Positions 10,164-20,112 of a stretch of 64,000 nucleotides of DNA are shown here, one piece after another. This DNA comes from a virus (taxonomy: Duplodnaviria; Caudoviricetes). The translations under genes were made by a program, and so were the position numbers. Positions within the stretch are counted from its first letter, which is position 1. Each line of letters starts with the position of its first letter. The stretch spans positions 21,395 through 85,394 of the IMG/VR virus record IMGVR_UViG_2837218921_000006, one strand, 5' to 3'. The notes below the pieces were generated by a model. It saw only the letters and a list, made by a program, of their open reading frames with translations. It was not told where the DNA came from and made no database searches.

Positions 10164-10499
10164 TGGGGCACAAAACGAAGCGTTTGATGTTGAGGTCGGC
10201 GGTTTTGAGCGAAAGCCTTTGAGTTTGCGGTAGTTAGACGAGGGTGGGGGAGTGCGGCGAAAAAAACGAAGCGTTTACATTGCTTTAATTTCGGTTTAAT
10301 TTTTGGCTTCACAGGTTTACACGAAGGCTACATGGGGCGCATGGTCGGCGATGATGGGTTTACGTCATTGATCCCAGTGGTCGGATAGGATAGGGCGGTC
10401 GGCTTTGTGCCGACTTTTTAGTGCCGGTTCTTGATTTATATAATTTCAAAAGGTTGCAAATAGCGGTTATTTGTGTATATTTGCGGAAAATTTACGAGT

Positions 10500-10736
10500 A
10501 TGAGACAGACCAAATGCATCATCGTTCACTTGACAGGCAAGCGTAAAACCCTCGCTTTCGGCTCGATTGCCGCCATTTTCCATCATCTGACCCCGGAACA
10601 AGTAGGATGTGGGTATGATTATCTGCGCCGCGCCGGGTTGAGTGGTGGCGGCACGGTCGTTACCAAACGTGCGATAATACAGCAAACTACGCTGCTCACA
10701 GCCCCTCGTGGAGCCGGTGATGGCGCAGATGATTGA
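10500..10736 (+). CDS. Small phage hypothetical protein
   Basis: ATG after TATATTTG promoter; followed by a hairpin. Confidence 0.6.
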   Translation: MRQTKCIIVHLTGKRKTLAFGSIAAIFHHLTPEQVGCGYDYLRRAGLSGGGTVVTKRAIIQQTTLLTAPRGAGDGADD

Positions 10737-11173
10737 ATGACATAATAACGGCGTTTGAACGGCCTTAGAGAGCCGCTAAAACGCCTACATTCCGGGGGAG
10801 CCAAACGGTTCCCCTATTTTGTGTTCGAAAGGCCGATTCTGAGGGGTGGATATTCAGGTGGATATTCAAAGTGGATATTCACTTTGGCTAAACTGGATAT
10901 TCACATTTGGGGTAATCGGGGGGGTAATAGAGTGGTGGAAAAATACCGTTTTTTCAAAATAGACCCCCGATTTCGGCATTTCACTATTAAGAAAAAACCT
11001 CCACTTTGCGCCCAGGTACCTTATTAAATATAGGAATTTCAAGGGTTTGAGCCGATTTAGACCCCATTTTGAGGGGGTAACACTCCGGGAAGGGGCGATT
11101 CGAGGGTATTCCGGGGTTTCCTTTGGTATCCGTTTCGTTCAGTTGGGGCATATTCCAAGCCTCTCCCATTCCT

Positions 11174-11656
11174 CTATAAGTCCACGGTGGATTTGGAAAG
11201 TTCCCTTGGGGCAGCTTGAAAGGATTCCTCGCCAACGTTTTTTTCTCGCTCAAGCTGCGCGATGCGCTCCTTGAGGCGACCTATCTCTTCTGCCTGTTCC
11301 TTTATAGTAGCCATAAAACGCTCGATGAGTATGGCATTAGAATCTTGCTGCGAAAATTTTTGAGGGTTATTTGCGATATTTTTCTCGGATGCCTCTTCGG
11401 GAGGTTCATCCGAGGGTACTGTTGTGTGATCTACTGAGTCTCTCAGCATATCCCCTTGGCCTGTCAATAGCCATACAGGAGAATATTTGGGAAATCTTTC
11501 ACAAATGAGTTCCAGCCACTTAGACTGTATATCGGTGCCCTTGGATATTGCTTTGGATATAACTCCTCTACTTGCACCTATTGCACGCTCAATGGTGCCG
11601 ATGGAGACCCCCTCGGCATCCGCTAAAACCTTTATGCGAGATAAAATTTTACACAT
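11174..11656 (-). CDS. Phage repressor (HTH)
   Basis: ILSRIKVLADAEGVSIGTIERAIGASRGVIS..WLLTGQGDM; divergent from the early operon. Confidence 0.85.
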   Translation of the reverse strand: MCKILSRIKVLADAEGVSIGTIERAIGASRGVISKAISKGTDIQSKWLELICERFPKYSPVWLLTGQGDMLRDSVDHTTVPSDEPPEEASEKNIANNPQKFSQQDSNAILIERFMATIKEQAEEIGRLKERIAQLEREKNVGEESFQAAPRELSKSTVDL

Positions 11657-11658
11657 AA

Positions 11659-11712
11659 TGCGAAAATTATCGTCAATAAATTTGGTGGTGCGAAAATTAT
11701 CGCTTACCTTTG
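11659..11712. promoter_or_regulatory. Operator repeats TGCGAAAATTATCG x2 and early promoter TACCTTTG
   Basis: Exact 14-bp direct repeat at 11659 and 11689; -7 box at 11705-11712. Confidence 0.7.
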
Positions 11713-11780
11713 CAGCGTATTCAGTAATGAACGAGCGGCCAAAGATACGAAAAAACCGCGAGTTCTCAAAATTTACAGAT

Positions 11781-12191
11781 ATGAGCGAGACAAAGAAAAT
11801 GACAACGGAGGAGATTCTTGAAATCTTCAAGGGCGAGTACGACCGCCTTCTCCGTAAGTGCGAGCGCAGAGTTGAAAAATACGCCCTCAATATGAACGAG
11901 GACTACGAATACTTCTTCCGTTGGCACGGTGATGACATGTATAAAGCCCAAGTCAACCTCAAGGCTATCCGGGGACTTCGCCCGGCCACTGCATGGGATG
12001 ACCTTGAAAAAATCAAGACGTGGCTCGGAGGTCACATCAAGAGCATCGAACTCAACCTCATCGACGGAAGTCAGTACCCGACAAGCTCAAGCATCATGCA
12101 CAATGTTGCCGAAACCCTTAGCCGGGTGGCTCAGCAGGAGCTAAGAGGAGAACTTCAAAGACTACTGTTTGCAATAACCTGTAACGAGTAA
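11781..12191 (+). CDS. Phage early hypothetical protein
   Basis: First ORF after the early promoter. Confidence 0.7.
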   Translation: MSETKKMTTEEILEIFKGEYDRLLRKCERRVEKYALNMNEDYEYFFRWHGDDMYKAQVNLKAIRGLRPATAWDDLEKIKTWLGGHIKSIELNLIDGSQYPTSSSIMHNVAETLSRVAQQELRGELQRLLFAITCNE

Positions 12192-12195
12192 CACT

Positions 12196-12468
12196 ATGAG
12201 CAAGACGACCTATTGGTTTCAGATACATGACTTCTATACCGAACCGGATAAATGCCGCATAATCGAATTGGACGAGGATTATCCGACTGAGGACTCAGCG
12301 AAAGCCGCGGGATGGGCAATAATTGAAGCCTTTGCCAAAATACACGGACTCGGCTACGAGAATCAAGGCGACCAATACATGGCCTTCTATCAAGGTGGCG
12401 AGAATGATGGACTCGGAGCCTTGACCATCGAGGTCTATGATTCCAGCGGGATGCCGGTGGACTTATAA
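12196..12468 (+). CDS. Phage hypothetical protein (acidic)
   Basis: Operonic ORF. Confidence 0.65.
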   Translation: MSKTTYWFQIHDFYTEPDKCRIIELDEDYPTEDSAKAAGWAIIEAFAKIHGLGYENQGDQYMAFYQGGENDGLGALTIEVYDSSGMPVDL

Positions 12469-12571
12469 GGGTTAGACCCAAGAGAGGGCGATCCTCCGGC
12501 AAGAGAGCCGGTTAAAGCCGAAAGGCACAACATTTGACCCCCCCGGCGTTGCCAAATGCGCCGGGGAATTC

Positions 12572-12646
12572 GGAAGGGTAGCTCAATTGGTAGAGTAGCC
12601 AAATACAAAGTCGGAGATGCGGGTTCGAATCCTGCCCCTTCCACCA
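12572..12646 (+). tRNA. tRNA-like gene with intact acceptor/D/T arms and encoded CCA but a mispaired anticodon stem
   Basis: GGAAGGG/CCCTTCC-ACCA; GCTC AATTGGTA GAGT; GCGGG TTCGAAT CCTGC; anticodon arm GCCAA-ATACAAA-GTCGG pairs poorly. Confidence 0.75.
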
Positions 12647-12659
12647 AATTTCAGAAAAG

Positions 12660-12878
12660 ATGAAACAACATTCAGAGAAAAGAACCGAGGTCGCAGTCAA
12701 GCTGCTCATTGAGACCTTGACACAGAACCTCACCGACACCGGGGTTGTCCTCGATGAGTTTGAGGCAACTCACAACGACTGGGAGTGCGACCAATCCAAG
12801 CAGTACTCTGCCCTCGTTGCCGGACACTTCGCTCTGAAAGAGGCCATCGACGAGATTAACAACCGACTAAATAAGTGA
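12660..12878 (+). CDS. Phage hypothetical protein
   Basis: Operonic ORF. Confidence 0.65.
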   Translation: MKQHSEKRTEVAVKLLIETLTQNLTDTGVVLDEFEATHNDWECDQSKQYSALVAGHFALKEAIDEINNRLNK

Positions 12879-12886
12879 GAAAATGA

Positions 12887-13159
12887 CTAAAAGTAAGAAT
12901 TTCCCTCAGAATCCCGAAGTTCCACATGATAGTGTGGGTTTCGGACCCGCAGGATGTTCAGAGCCTGTAAATACTCAAGTTGAATATGTTCGGGCAGAGC
13001 ATCTAAATCTACCTCGAAACAATCCATTCCGGGCATCATCAACTCTTTCAGAGGCTCAATACGAGCGATTCTCGCAAACGACAGTAGGTCGCGCTTATAT
13101 TCGTCTCTTTGGGTATCGTCGCTGTACTCTACGACTTGAACCCGAATCTTGTATTTCAT
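12887..13159 (-). CDS. Hypothetical protein on the opposite strand (moron-like)
   Basis: MKYKIRVQ... has protein-like composition; competes with plus-strand ORF 12883-13161. Confidence 0.45.
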   Translation of the reverse strand: MKYKIRVQVVEYSDDTQRDEYKRDLLSFARIARIEPLKELMMPGMDCFEVDLDALPEHIQLEYLQALNILRVRNPHYHVELRDSEGNSYF

Positions 13160-13220
13160 AATTGGTTCAGTTGTGAATGAGATTGTAAAGATAATAAATA
13201 AAATCCAATAAGTGAGACAG

Positions 13221-13589
13221 ATGATGAAAAAGAACATCGCAGTATCAAAAGAAACACGTGAGAAGATTGCCAAGCTCTTCAACGTGACCATGCGTTCAGT
13301 ATGGAATGCCCTTAATCTCGACTACCCCGAAACTGACCTGACAAAGCGTATCCGCAAGGTCGCAAAAGAGAATGGAGGCGTAGTAATGACTTCTATTCCG
13401 GCAGGAGAGGCCATCCACTTCTTTGATGGCACGATGAGAATGGAATTTGACAATGGTGCCATTTTGGAGTTCTATCGCAAGGATGGCACCGGCCACATCT
13501 ACGTCAAGGGTGCAGAGGTTGAGGTTTATGAGAATGTAACCCTTCCGATGATTTATGAAATCAAGGAACGGGCAGCAGCTTTGAGATAA
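13221..13589 (+). CDS. Ner/Cro-like HTH protein
   Basis: REKIAKLFNVTMRSVWNAL HTH directly before the transposase. Confidence 0.65.
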   Translation: MMKKNIAVSKETREKIAKLFNVTMRSVWNALNLDYPETDLTKRIRKVAKENGGVVMTSIPAGEAIHFFDGTMRMEFDNGAILEFYRKDGTGHIYVKGAEVEVYENVTLPMIYEIKERAAALR

Positions 13590-13593
13590 GGGT

Positions 13594-15597
13594 ATGGAAT
13601 ATTGCAACGGCAGACTTTGTATATCGACCCGCGAGTTATTCGACGGCGGCATCGTTACGGAATCCAATTATCGTAATTGGACGAACCGTAACCGTGTCGA
13701 GGTCGTACAACGTGGCGGCGGTGCAAGGGGAAGCTACGCTCTCATTGCCGTTGACAGCTTACCCCAACGCTACAAAGACAAAGTTGAAGAAGTTTATCCC
13801 GGCGGCGCACAGGCTCGGCTTGAGGGCTGGGTCAAGAGCAACTATGAGGTCGATCAACAGGCCGTGGCCTTTTTCTTCTCCAAAGAGAAGTGCGGCATGA
13901 CGCTCCCACGCGAGAAGGCACAGGAATACGTCACCAACGCCTCGGTTCTCAACACCTGCATCAAGCTCTACGACAGAGCGGCCACCGCCCAAAGGCTGTT
14001 CGGAGGCAAATACGACTGGAGTATGATGGCCGCGACCATTGAGGTTCTGCGCAAACACTTCGGCCACACCCTCCCGGCATCGACCCTGCGGTTTCGCAAG
14101 AAGGTCAACGACTACAAGGCTAACGGTTACGCCTGTCTCATAAGCGGCAAGTTCGGCAATCAGTGTGCCCGGAAGGTTGACCACAAGACCGAGCGTCTTA
14201 TTCTCGGCATTGCAGTCCTTCCCAACAAGCCGTGGGGTACCAACGTCCTCGAACTGTACAACTCTTTCGTTACAGGCGAGCTTGACGTGTACGACCCGGA
14301 ATCCGGAGAACTGTTCAACCCCGATGACTTTGCCGACAAGAACGGCGAGCCGATGGTTCTGAGCGAGGCGACCATCATCAACTATCTGAACAAGCCGAAA
14401 AACAAAATCATCATAGACAAGGCGACTATGAGTTACACGACCTTCATGCACGAGACCATGCCGCACATGCACCGTCATCACGGCGAGTTCTCGCTGTCGA
14501 AGGTGTCATTCGACGACCGCGACCTTCCGCGCAAACTCAAGGACACCCGGATTCGCCCGAAGGCATATTATGCCTACGACGTGACAAGCGGCTGCTGTAT
14601 CGGCTACGCCTACAACCGCGCCAAGAACGTCGATCTTGTGGTTGATATGTTCCGCAATATGTTCAGGCTGCTCGACCGTCAAGGCTGGGGTTGCCCTGCC
14701 GAGGTCGAGGTCGAGAACCACCTCATGAGCCAATGGCGGGACTCTTTCCTCCGGGCAGGTGTTATGTTCCCATTCGTAAGGTTCTGCGCTCCGATGAACT
14801 CACAGGAGAAACACGCCGAACAGTTCAACGGTGCAAAAAAACGCAGCATCGAGCATCGCAACCATGTAGGCATCGGCAGGTTCTTCGCCAAGAGCCGACA
14901 GTACCGAACCGAAAGCAACAAGGTATTCGATGAGTTCAACAATACCTATGTCGAGAAGGAATACTACACTTGGGATGAGTTGATCGCTGACGATATGCGC
15001 GATATCTACGAATACAACCATGCCCTGCATCCCAATCAGAAAAAGTACAAGGGCATGACAAGGTGGGACGTACTTGTAGCCAACATCAATCCGACACTCC
15101 AACCCCTCGACAAAGCGACCATAGCCCGATATGTCGGCGAAAAGGTCAGCACCTCAATCCGGCGAAACTCATACTGCCGGGTAGCCGGAGCCGATTGGTG
15201 GCTGAGCAAGACCGAAGTCATCGAGCTGCTCGCCCCCAATGACTACAAGGTCGAAGCCTACTACCTCACAGACGAGGAGGGCAAGATCACCGATATGTTC
15301 ATCTACCAAGGCGATATGTATATCGACCGGCTTGAGAACCTCGGCACCTACAACACCGCCCGTGCCGAGCAGACCGAGGAGGACGAGAGAATCTTCACAG
15401 AGCAGCGAAAAAAGATCAGCCACTTCAACAAATATGTCGAAGACAACGCCATCGGGCGTGTGGGCGTAATAGAGCGCGACACACGGCCTCAGACGATCGA
15501 GGTGGAAGAAGTTATCGTCCCGGAGTCGGAAACGCGAGAAACGCAAGAATACGGCCTCAGTGAAGACTACGCCGCACGAGCCTTGCAAGACTTATAG
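13594..15597 (+). CDS. Mu-like DDE transposase A
   Basis: FDDRD, AYDV.SG, EVENH, EK.AEQ motifs; precedes the AAA ATPase. Confidence 0.85.
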   Translation: MEYCNGRLCISTRELFDGGIVTESNYRNWTNRNRVEVVQRGGGARGSYALIAVDSLPQRYKDKVEEVYPGGAQARLEGWVKSNYEVDQQAVAFFFSKEKCGMTLPREKAQEYVTNASVLNTCIKLYDRAATAQRLFGGKYDWSMMAATIEVLRKHFGHTLPASTLRFRKKVNDYKANGYACLISGKFGNQCARKVDHKTERLILGIAVLPNKPWGTNVLELYNSFVTGELDVYDPESGELFNPDDFADKNGEPMVLSEATIINYLNKPKNKIIIDKATMSYTTFMHETMPHMHRHHGEFSLSKVSFDDRDLPRKLKDTRIRPKAYYAYDVTSGCCIGYAYNRAKNVDLVVDMFRNMFRLLDRQGWGCPAEVEVENHLMSQWRDSFLRAGVMFPFVRFCAPMNSQEKHAEQFNGAKKRSIEHRNHVGIGRFFAKSRQYRTESNKVFDEFNNTYVEKEYYTWDELIADDMRDIYEYNHALHPNQKKYKGMTRWDVLVANINPTLQPLDKATIARYVGEKVSTSIRRNSYCRVAGADWWLSKTEVIELLAPNDYKVEAYYLTDEEGKITDMFIYQGDMYIDRLENLGTYNTARAEQTEEDERIFTEQRKKISHFNKYVEDNAIGRVGVIERDTRPQTIEVEEVIVPESETRETQEYGLSEDYAARALQDL

Positions 15598-15622
15598 AAC
15601 GAAATTATAACACTGTTAGAAT

Positions 15623-16495
15623 ATGATTACAACAGACGTCAAAAACAAAATCCTCGCCGCAATCAAGGCGAACCGCGCCAACTATCCGAGTGACGCGAAA
15701 CACGCCGCCTCACTCGGCATCACGACCTCGGTTTACAGCGCGGTCAAGAACGGGCAGACCGACCGGGTTCTGAGCGATGCCAACTGGATAAGCATCGCCC
15801 GTAAGCTCGGAGTCAGCCTCCGGGGTGAAATCGAATGGAAGGTCGCCAAGACCCCGACCTTCATGTTCATCACGGCGCAGTTGGAGGCCTGTCAGTCGAG
15901 CGGCATCAGCGCAATCCTCTGCGACCAGCCCAATATCGGCAAGACTTTCACCGCACGGCACTATGTCAAGACGCACCCCAACGCCATCTACATCGACTGC
16001 TCGCAGGTAAAGACCAAGCTCAAGCTCGTGCGCAAAATTGCCGCTGAGTTCGGTGTCGATAGCAAAGGCCGGTACTCGGATGTGTATGAAGACCTCGTTT
16101 ACTACCTCGGCTCCATCGACTGCCCCCTCATCATTCTTGACGAGGCTGGAGACCTTCAGTATGAAGCCTTCCTCGAACTCAAGGCACTGTGGAACGCCAC
16201 CGAGCGATGCTGCGCATGGTACATGATGGGAGCCGACGGACTCAAGGAGAAAATCAACCGATCCATCGAGTGCAAGAAGGTCGGCTACACTGAGATGCTC
16301 AGTCGCTACGGTGATCGCTACAGCAAGGTTACGCCGGATGACAGCAAAGAGCGCACCAAGTTCCTCATTGAACAGGCGCGGATCGTTGCCAAGCTCAACG
16401 CACCGGAAGGCATCGATGCCGGGGAGATTGCCCGGAAGACGGGTGGCGGACTTCGCCGAGTTTACACTGAAATCGAAAAACTTAAAAGACAATGA
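15623..16495 (+). CDS. Transposition ATPase (MuB-like)
   Basis: N-terminal HTH, Walker A PNIGKT, Walker B IILDEA. Confidence 0.88.
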   Translation: MITTDVKNKILAAIKANRANYPSDAKHAASLGITTSVYSAVKNGQTDRVLSDANWISIARKLGVSLRGEIEWKVAKTPTFMFITAQLEACQSSGISAILCDQPNIGKTFTARHYVKTHPNAIYIDCSQVKTKLKLVRKIAAEFGVDSKGRYSDVYEDLVYYLGSIDCPLIILDEAGDLQYEAFLELKALWNATERCCAWYMMGADGLKEKINRSIECKKVGYTEMLSRYGDRYSKVTPDDSKERTKFLIEQARIVAKLNAPEGIDAGEIARKTGGGLRRVYTEIEKLKRQ

Positions 16496-16722
16496 TAATG
16501 ATAAGCGTAATTGAAAAAGAATACATGGAGACCGTCATCAGAATGGGCAAGCGTCTCCAACGTGGCGAAATCGATTGGGAGCAGCGTCGATACGAGATAG
16601 CATTCGCCGTCTATATGGAGCGCAGAAAACTCTTGACATCAAGAGAGGATGATGTTAAGGACGCTGTAGCAGAGGCAGATTTGCTTATAGCGGAACTGAA
16701 AAAGCCTCAAGAGAAGAAGTAA
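16492..16722 (+). CDS. Phage hypothetical protein
   Basis: IDWEQRRYEIA..AVAEADLLIAELKK, a pattern familiar from Bacteroidales phage proteins. Confidence 0.7.
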   Translation: MIMISVIEKEYMETVIRMGKRLQRGEIDWEQRRYEIAFAVYMERRKLLTSREDDVKDAVAEADLLIAELKKPQEKK

Positions 16723-16724
16723 CG

Positions 16725-17351
16725 ATGGCAAAGCGAGCATATAGTCCGAAAGAGGTTCTTGCCAAGACCTACAAAACCTTGCCGTGGGGTGAGCGGTGGA
16801 GCCGACCTTTCGGCACCCCGACCATCAACGAGGCGTGGTTTATCAGCGGCGCGTCCGCTTCCGGCAAGAGCAGCTTTGTGATGCAGCTCGCCAAGGAACT
16901 CTGCAACTACGGAATGACACTCTACTGTTCCTTCGAGGAAGGTGTGAGCCAATCGTTCAAGGAGCGTGTCGAGCGATTCAAGATGGGCGAGGTGCAAGGT
17001 CGGTTCCGGGTTGCGACGAGCGATACCTATGATGAGCTTATAGAGCGACTTGCCAAACCTAAAAGTCCCCACTTTGTGATTGTGGACAGCTTTCAGGTGG
17101 CAGGGTGGACATACGACCAAGCAAAGCAGCTGATAGACCGTTTCCCGGCAAAGAGTTTCATCTTCATCTCGCAGGAACACAAAGGTCAGCCAATGGGCAA
17201 AGCTGCCGTGCGGCTCCGCTACATTGCCGGGATCAAAGTCCGGGTGGTAGGTTACAAGGCATTTTGCCAAGGACGATTCACCGAAGATCCCGGCAGCTAT
17301 TATGTAGTGTGGGAAGAAGGTGTTTTAAGAACTTCAAACAATATCGGATAA
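16725..17351 (+). CDS. RecA-like/AAA ATPase
   Basis: GASASGKS Walker A, SFEE, IVDS. Confidence 0.8.
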   Translation: MAKRAYSPKEVLAKTYKTLPWGERWSRPFGTPTINEAWFISGASASGKSSFVMQLAKELCNYGMTLYCSFEEGVSQSFKERVERFKMGEVQGRFRVATSDTYDELIERLAKPKSPHFVIVDSFQVAGWTYDQAKQLIDRFPAKSFIFISQEHKGQPMGKAAVRLRYIAGIKVRVVGYKAFCQGRFTEDPGSYYVVWEEGVLRTSNNIG

Positions 17352-17573
17352 ATGAGTACGAAAAAAGAAATGATAATACTTGAGCCGAACGGACGCATCC
17401 GAAAAGAAGGGTTCTGTTCCCGGCCAATGACCTGTCCGTACTGCGGCGGCAAAGGTTTCTTCATGGAGCGATTCCTGCCTTATGCGGATATAAAAAAGGA
17501 TTGTCCCGACTGTGAAGGAACAGGCGAGGTAATCGCCTTGGTAACGATAGATTGGAAACCGAATAAACAATAA
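17352..17573 (+). CDS. Zinc-finger protein (DnaJ-type CxxCxGxG)
   Basis: CPYCGGKG and CPDCEGTG. Confidence 0.75.
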   Translation: MSTKKEMIILEPNGRIRKEGFCSRPMTCPYCGGKGFFMERFLPYADIKKDCPDCEGTGEVIALVTIDWKPNKQ

Positions 17574-17578
17574 ATAAC

Positions 17579-17797
17579 ATGGCACAAAACATCAATCAGG
17601 TCTTTCGTCAGTTAGGCCGATCCGAAAAAACTCAATTCATCGAGAAGAACCTTGAGTATGCCTCTGAATGGGCAATCGCCGAATATGTGGACACATATTT
17701 CTTAGGAGTGGCAAAGCACCTGCCTGAAGAGACTCTGATGGCAATGCTTCACTATAAACAAGAACAGAGCAAGAACGATGAAACAACAGGTAACTAA
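17579..17797 (+). CDS. Phage hypothetical protein
   Basis: Operonic ORF. Confidence 0.65.
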   Translation: MAQNINQVFRQLGRSEKTQFIEKNLEYASEWAIAEYVDTYFLGVAKHLPEETLMAMLHYKQEQSKNDETTGN

Positions 17798-18266
17798 CTT
17801 CGGGCGGTTCTACTCCGCCTTTCACAAGCTCACCATTCATGGCGAGCCGGACGAGGCAAAGCGTCAGTTTGTGTTGCAGTACACTGCCGGACGCACCGAC
17901 TCCCTCAAGGAGATGACCCGGAAGGAATATGACGACCTCTGCATAGCCATCGAAGGCATGAACGGAACGAGAGATGAACTCAAGCGTCGCCGGAGCATTG
18001 CCCTCAAGCTGATGCAGGAACTTGAAGTTGATACGACCGATTGGGCGCAGATAAATGATTTCTGCCGCCACCCCCGAATCTCCGGGAAAGCCTTCGGGCA
18101 GCTCTCGATCGAGGAACTGATGGAACTGGCCACCAAACTCCGCTCCATAAAGCGCAAGGGATGGCAGCGCAAGAAGTCAGAACCGACGCAAGCCCCGGAA
18201 ACACCTCAGCAACGTATAACATATCTCATAAACCTTGCCGCTCCCGGCATGACAAGCTACAACTGA
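17778..18266 (+). CDS. Phage protein (GemA/gp16-like)
   Basis: GRTDSLKEMT..EY pattern; position in a Mu-like early region. Confidence 0.55.
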   Translation: MKQQVTNFGRFYSAFHKLTIHGEPDEAKRQFVLQYTAGRTDSLKEMTRKEYDDLCIAIEGMNGTRDELKRRRSIALKLMQELEVDTTDWAQINDFCRHPRISGKAFGQLSIEELMELATKLRSIKRKGWQRKKSEPTQAPETPQQRITYLINLAAPGMTSYN

Positions 18267-18267
18267 A

Positions 18268-18432
18268 ATGAAGCAAGTAATAAAACAAATCGAAAACTAC
18301 ATTCAGCTCCACACCTCGGACATGGAGAACGGTGATTACATCGAACTCCTGCGAGAGATAGCTGAATGGGCGACGAACCAAGCCAACCTCGTCGAATTCC
18401 AATGTGAAGAGTTAATTCCCACCGAAGAATAA
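18268..18432 (+). CDS. Small phage protein (54 aa, not in ORF track)
   Basis: MKQVIKQIENYIQLHTSDMENGDY...; fills the operon gap. Confidence 0.6.
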   Translation: MKQVIKQIENYIQLHTSDMENGDYIELLREIAEWATNQANLVEFQCEELIPTEE

Positions 18433-18453
18433 TCACCCTTTAAAATCATAATT

Positions 18454-19107
18454 ATGGAACAAGTTCAGATGTCCGCCGAAGAGCGGAAAGAGTTCGAGGC
18501 TTTCAAAGCCGAGCGCGAGAAAAAACGTCGCGAAGAAGAGCGCAAGCAGCAGCGTCAGCAGTATGCAGCTCTTGTCGATGACGAGATTGCGGCCACCATC
18601 CCCAAGCTACGGGAAGTGAGTGAAATGCTCAAGAATGCCAAGGATAAAATCTTTGGCAACTTCGAAACCATTCTCAAGATGAAGGCCGAGATAATCGGAG
18701 CCGCACGTGATGGACAGTGCAGCCATACATTCACCAACTCCGACAGCACCCTCCGCATCATACTCGGAGTCAACTGCATCGACGGATACCGTGATACGGT
18801 AGAAGACGGCATCGCAATGGTTAAGACATACATCGAGAGTCTTGCCAAGGATGAGGCTACCAAGTCGCTGGTCAACGCCGTACTGCGCCTTCTCAGCCGT
18901 GACGGGCAGGGTAACATCAAGGCAAGCCGAGTCCTTCAGCTCCGCAAGATGGCTGAGGACAGTGGCAATGAACAATTCCTTGAGGGTGTTCGTATCATCG
19001 AGGAGTCATATCAGCCCACAGTCAGCAAGAAGTTCATCCGCGCCCAATATAAAGATGATAAGGGTGCATGGCGTTACATTCCACTCGGCATGACAGATGT
19101 CGATTAA
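18454..19107 (+). CDS. DUF3164-like Mu-type phage protein
   Basis: GNIKASRVLQL..FLEGVRIIEESY..YIPL motif. Confidence 0.75.
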   Translation: MEQVQMSAEERKEFEAFKAEREKKRREEERKQQRQQYAALVDDEIAATIPKLREVSEMLKNAKDKIFGNFETILKMKAEIIGAARDGQCSHTFTNSDSTLRIILGVNCIDGYRDTVEDGIAMVKTYIESLAKDEATKSLVNAVLRLLSRDGQGNIKASRVLQLRKMAEDSGNEQFLEGVRIIEESYQPTVSKKFIRAQYKDDKGAWRYIPLGMTDVD

Positions 19108-19118
19108 ACCGATAGGCT

Positions 19119-19313
19119 ATGAAACGAGAAATATCAAGACCACCCAAGGTCGCCCTCTGCCGGGTCTGCAAAGGCACCGGCAGGGTGGCCGGGGATGAGG
19201 AAGGCGAGTTTCACACTTGCCTTCAGTGCGAGGGCAGCGGCAGGGTAACCGTGAGCTGCGAGATGACATTGGATATCAGACCGTATAAACCCCAACACTC
19301 TAAACGACACTGA
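19119..19313 (+). CDS. Zinc-finger protein
   Basis: CRVCKGTG and CLQCEGSG. Confidence 0.7.
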   Translation: MKREISRPPKVALCRVCKGTGRVAGDEEGEFHTCLQCEGSGRVTVSCEMTLDIRPYKPQHSKRH

Positions 19314-19316
19314 CGC

Positions 19317-19565
19317 ATGGGTAAGAAACCCGGAAAGAGTTATCAAAAGAGAGTTACAGACATCAACAGGATATATGACCTTCACGCCAAAAAGGGAATT
19401 CCCAACCGGGAAATATGGCGCAGGTACATATATCCTGTGTATGGTATCTGTGAGCGTACTTTTTACAACCTTCTGAAGGCTCCGACAAAGCCGGGTTTCA
19501 GCGAGACCTTACCCGATTTACCCAATCTTTTCGATATGTTTAAAGACACGGACGATGGCGAATAA
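19317..19565 (+). CDS. Small HTH-like phage protein
   Basis: IWRRYIYPVYGICERTFYNLL. Confidence 0.65.
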   Translation: MGKKPGKSYQKRVTDINRIYDLHAKKGIPNREIWRRYIYPVYGICERTFYNLLKAPTKPGFSETLPDLPNLFDMFKDTDDGE

Positions 19566-20112
19566 TTATGACCAGATAATCAAGAACATTCTCCGCGACA
19601 TACAAGTGGAGATGACCGATGAGTTCGACCGCAATTTTGAGCGACAGGCTTTCTTCTCTGAGGCTTGGCAGCGCAGAAAAAGCCCCACCCGCCCCGGAGG
19701 TCATATCCTCGTCGATACCGGTGGCCTTCGCCGCAGCATCATGAGCTATGAGACCGAAAACAGCATCGTGTTTCGTAGCGAACACCCGGCAGCGGCCATT
19801 CACAACGAGGGCGGTGAAATCAAGGTCACAGCCAAAATGAAACGATTCTTTTGGTATAAATACTATTCGACCACCGGCTCTTTCGGCAGACGCAAGGATG
19901 GCTCACAGCGTAAGGATAAGAGGACTGTTCAATTATCAACCGAGGCAGAGTTTTGGAAATTCATGGCCTTAATGAAAGTCGGCTCAACCATCAAGATACC
20001 ACGCCGACGATTCCTTGGAACCGCCCCGGAGGTCGAGCAGACCGTCAGGCAAATTATCGAAGAGAACATCACCGAATTTTTCAACACCGATTTCGATATT
20101 ATAGAACGATGA
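19555..20112 (+). CDS. Virion morphogenesis protein (Mu gpG-like)
   Basis: LVDTGGLRRSI, AAIHNEGG, IPRRRFLG. Confidence 0.85.
   Translation: MANNYDQIIKNILRDIQVEMTDEFDRNFERQAFFSEAWQRRKSPTRPGGHILVDTGGLRRSIMSYETENSIVFRSEHPAAAIHNEGGEIKVTAKMKRFFWYKYYSTTGSFGRRKDGSQRKDKRTVQLSTEAEFWKFMALMKVGSTIKIPRRRFLGTAPEVEQTVRQIIEENITEFFNTDFDIIER

Noticed and set aside
13694-16492. Long antisense and alternate-frame ORFs over GC-rich phage, RHS, IS and hsd genes (example span)
   Set aside because: Shadow ORFs produced by codon bias of the real genes.
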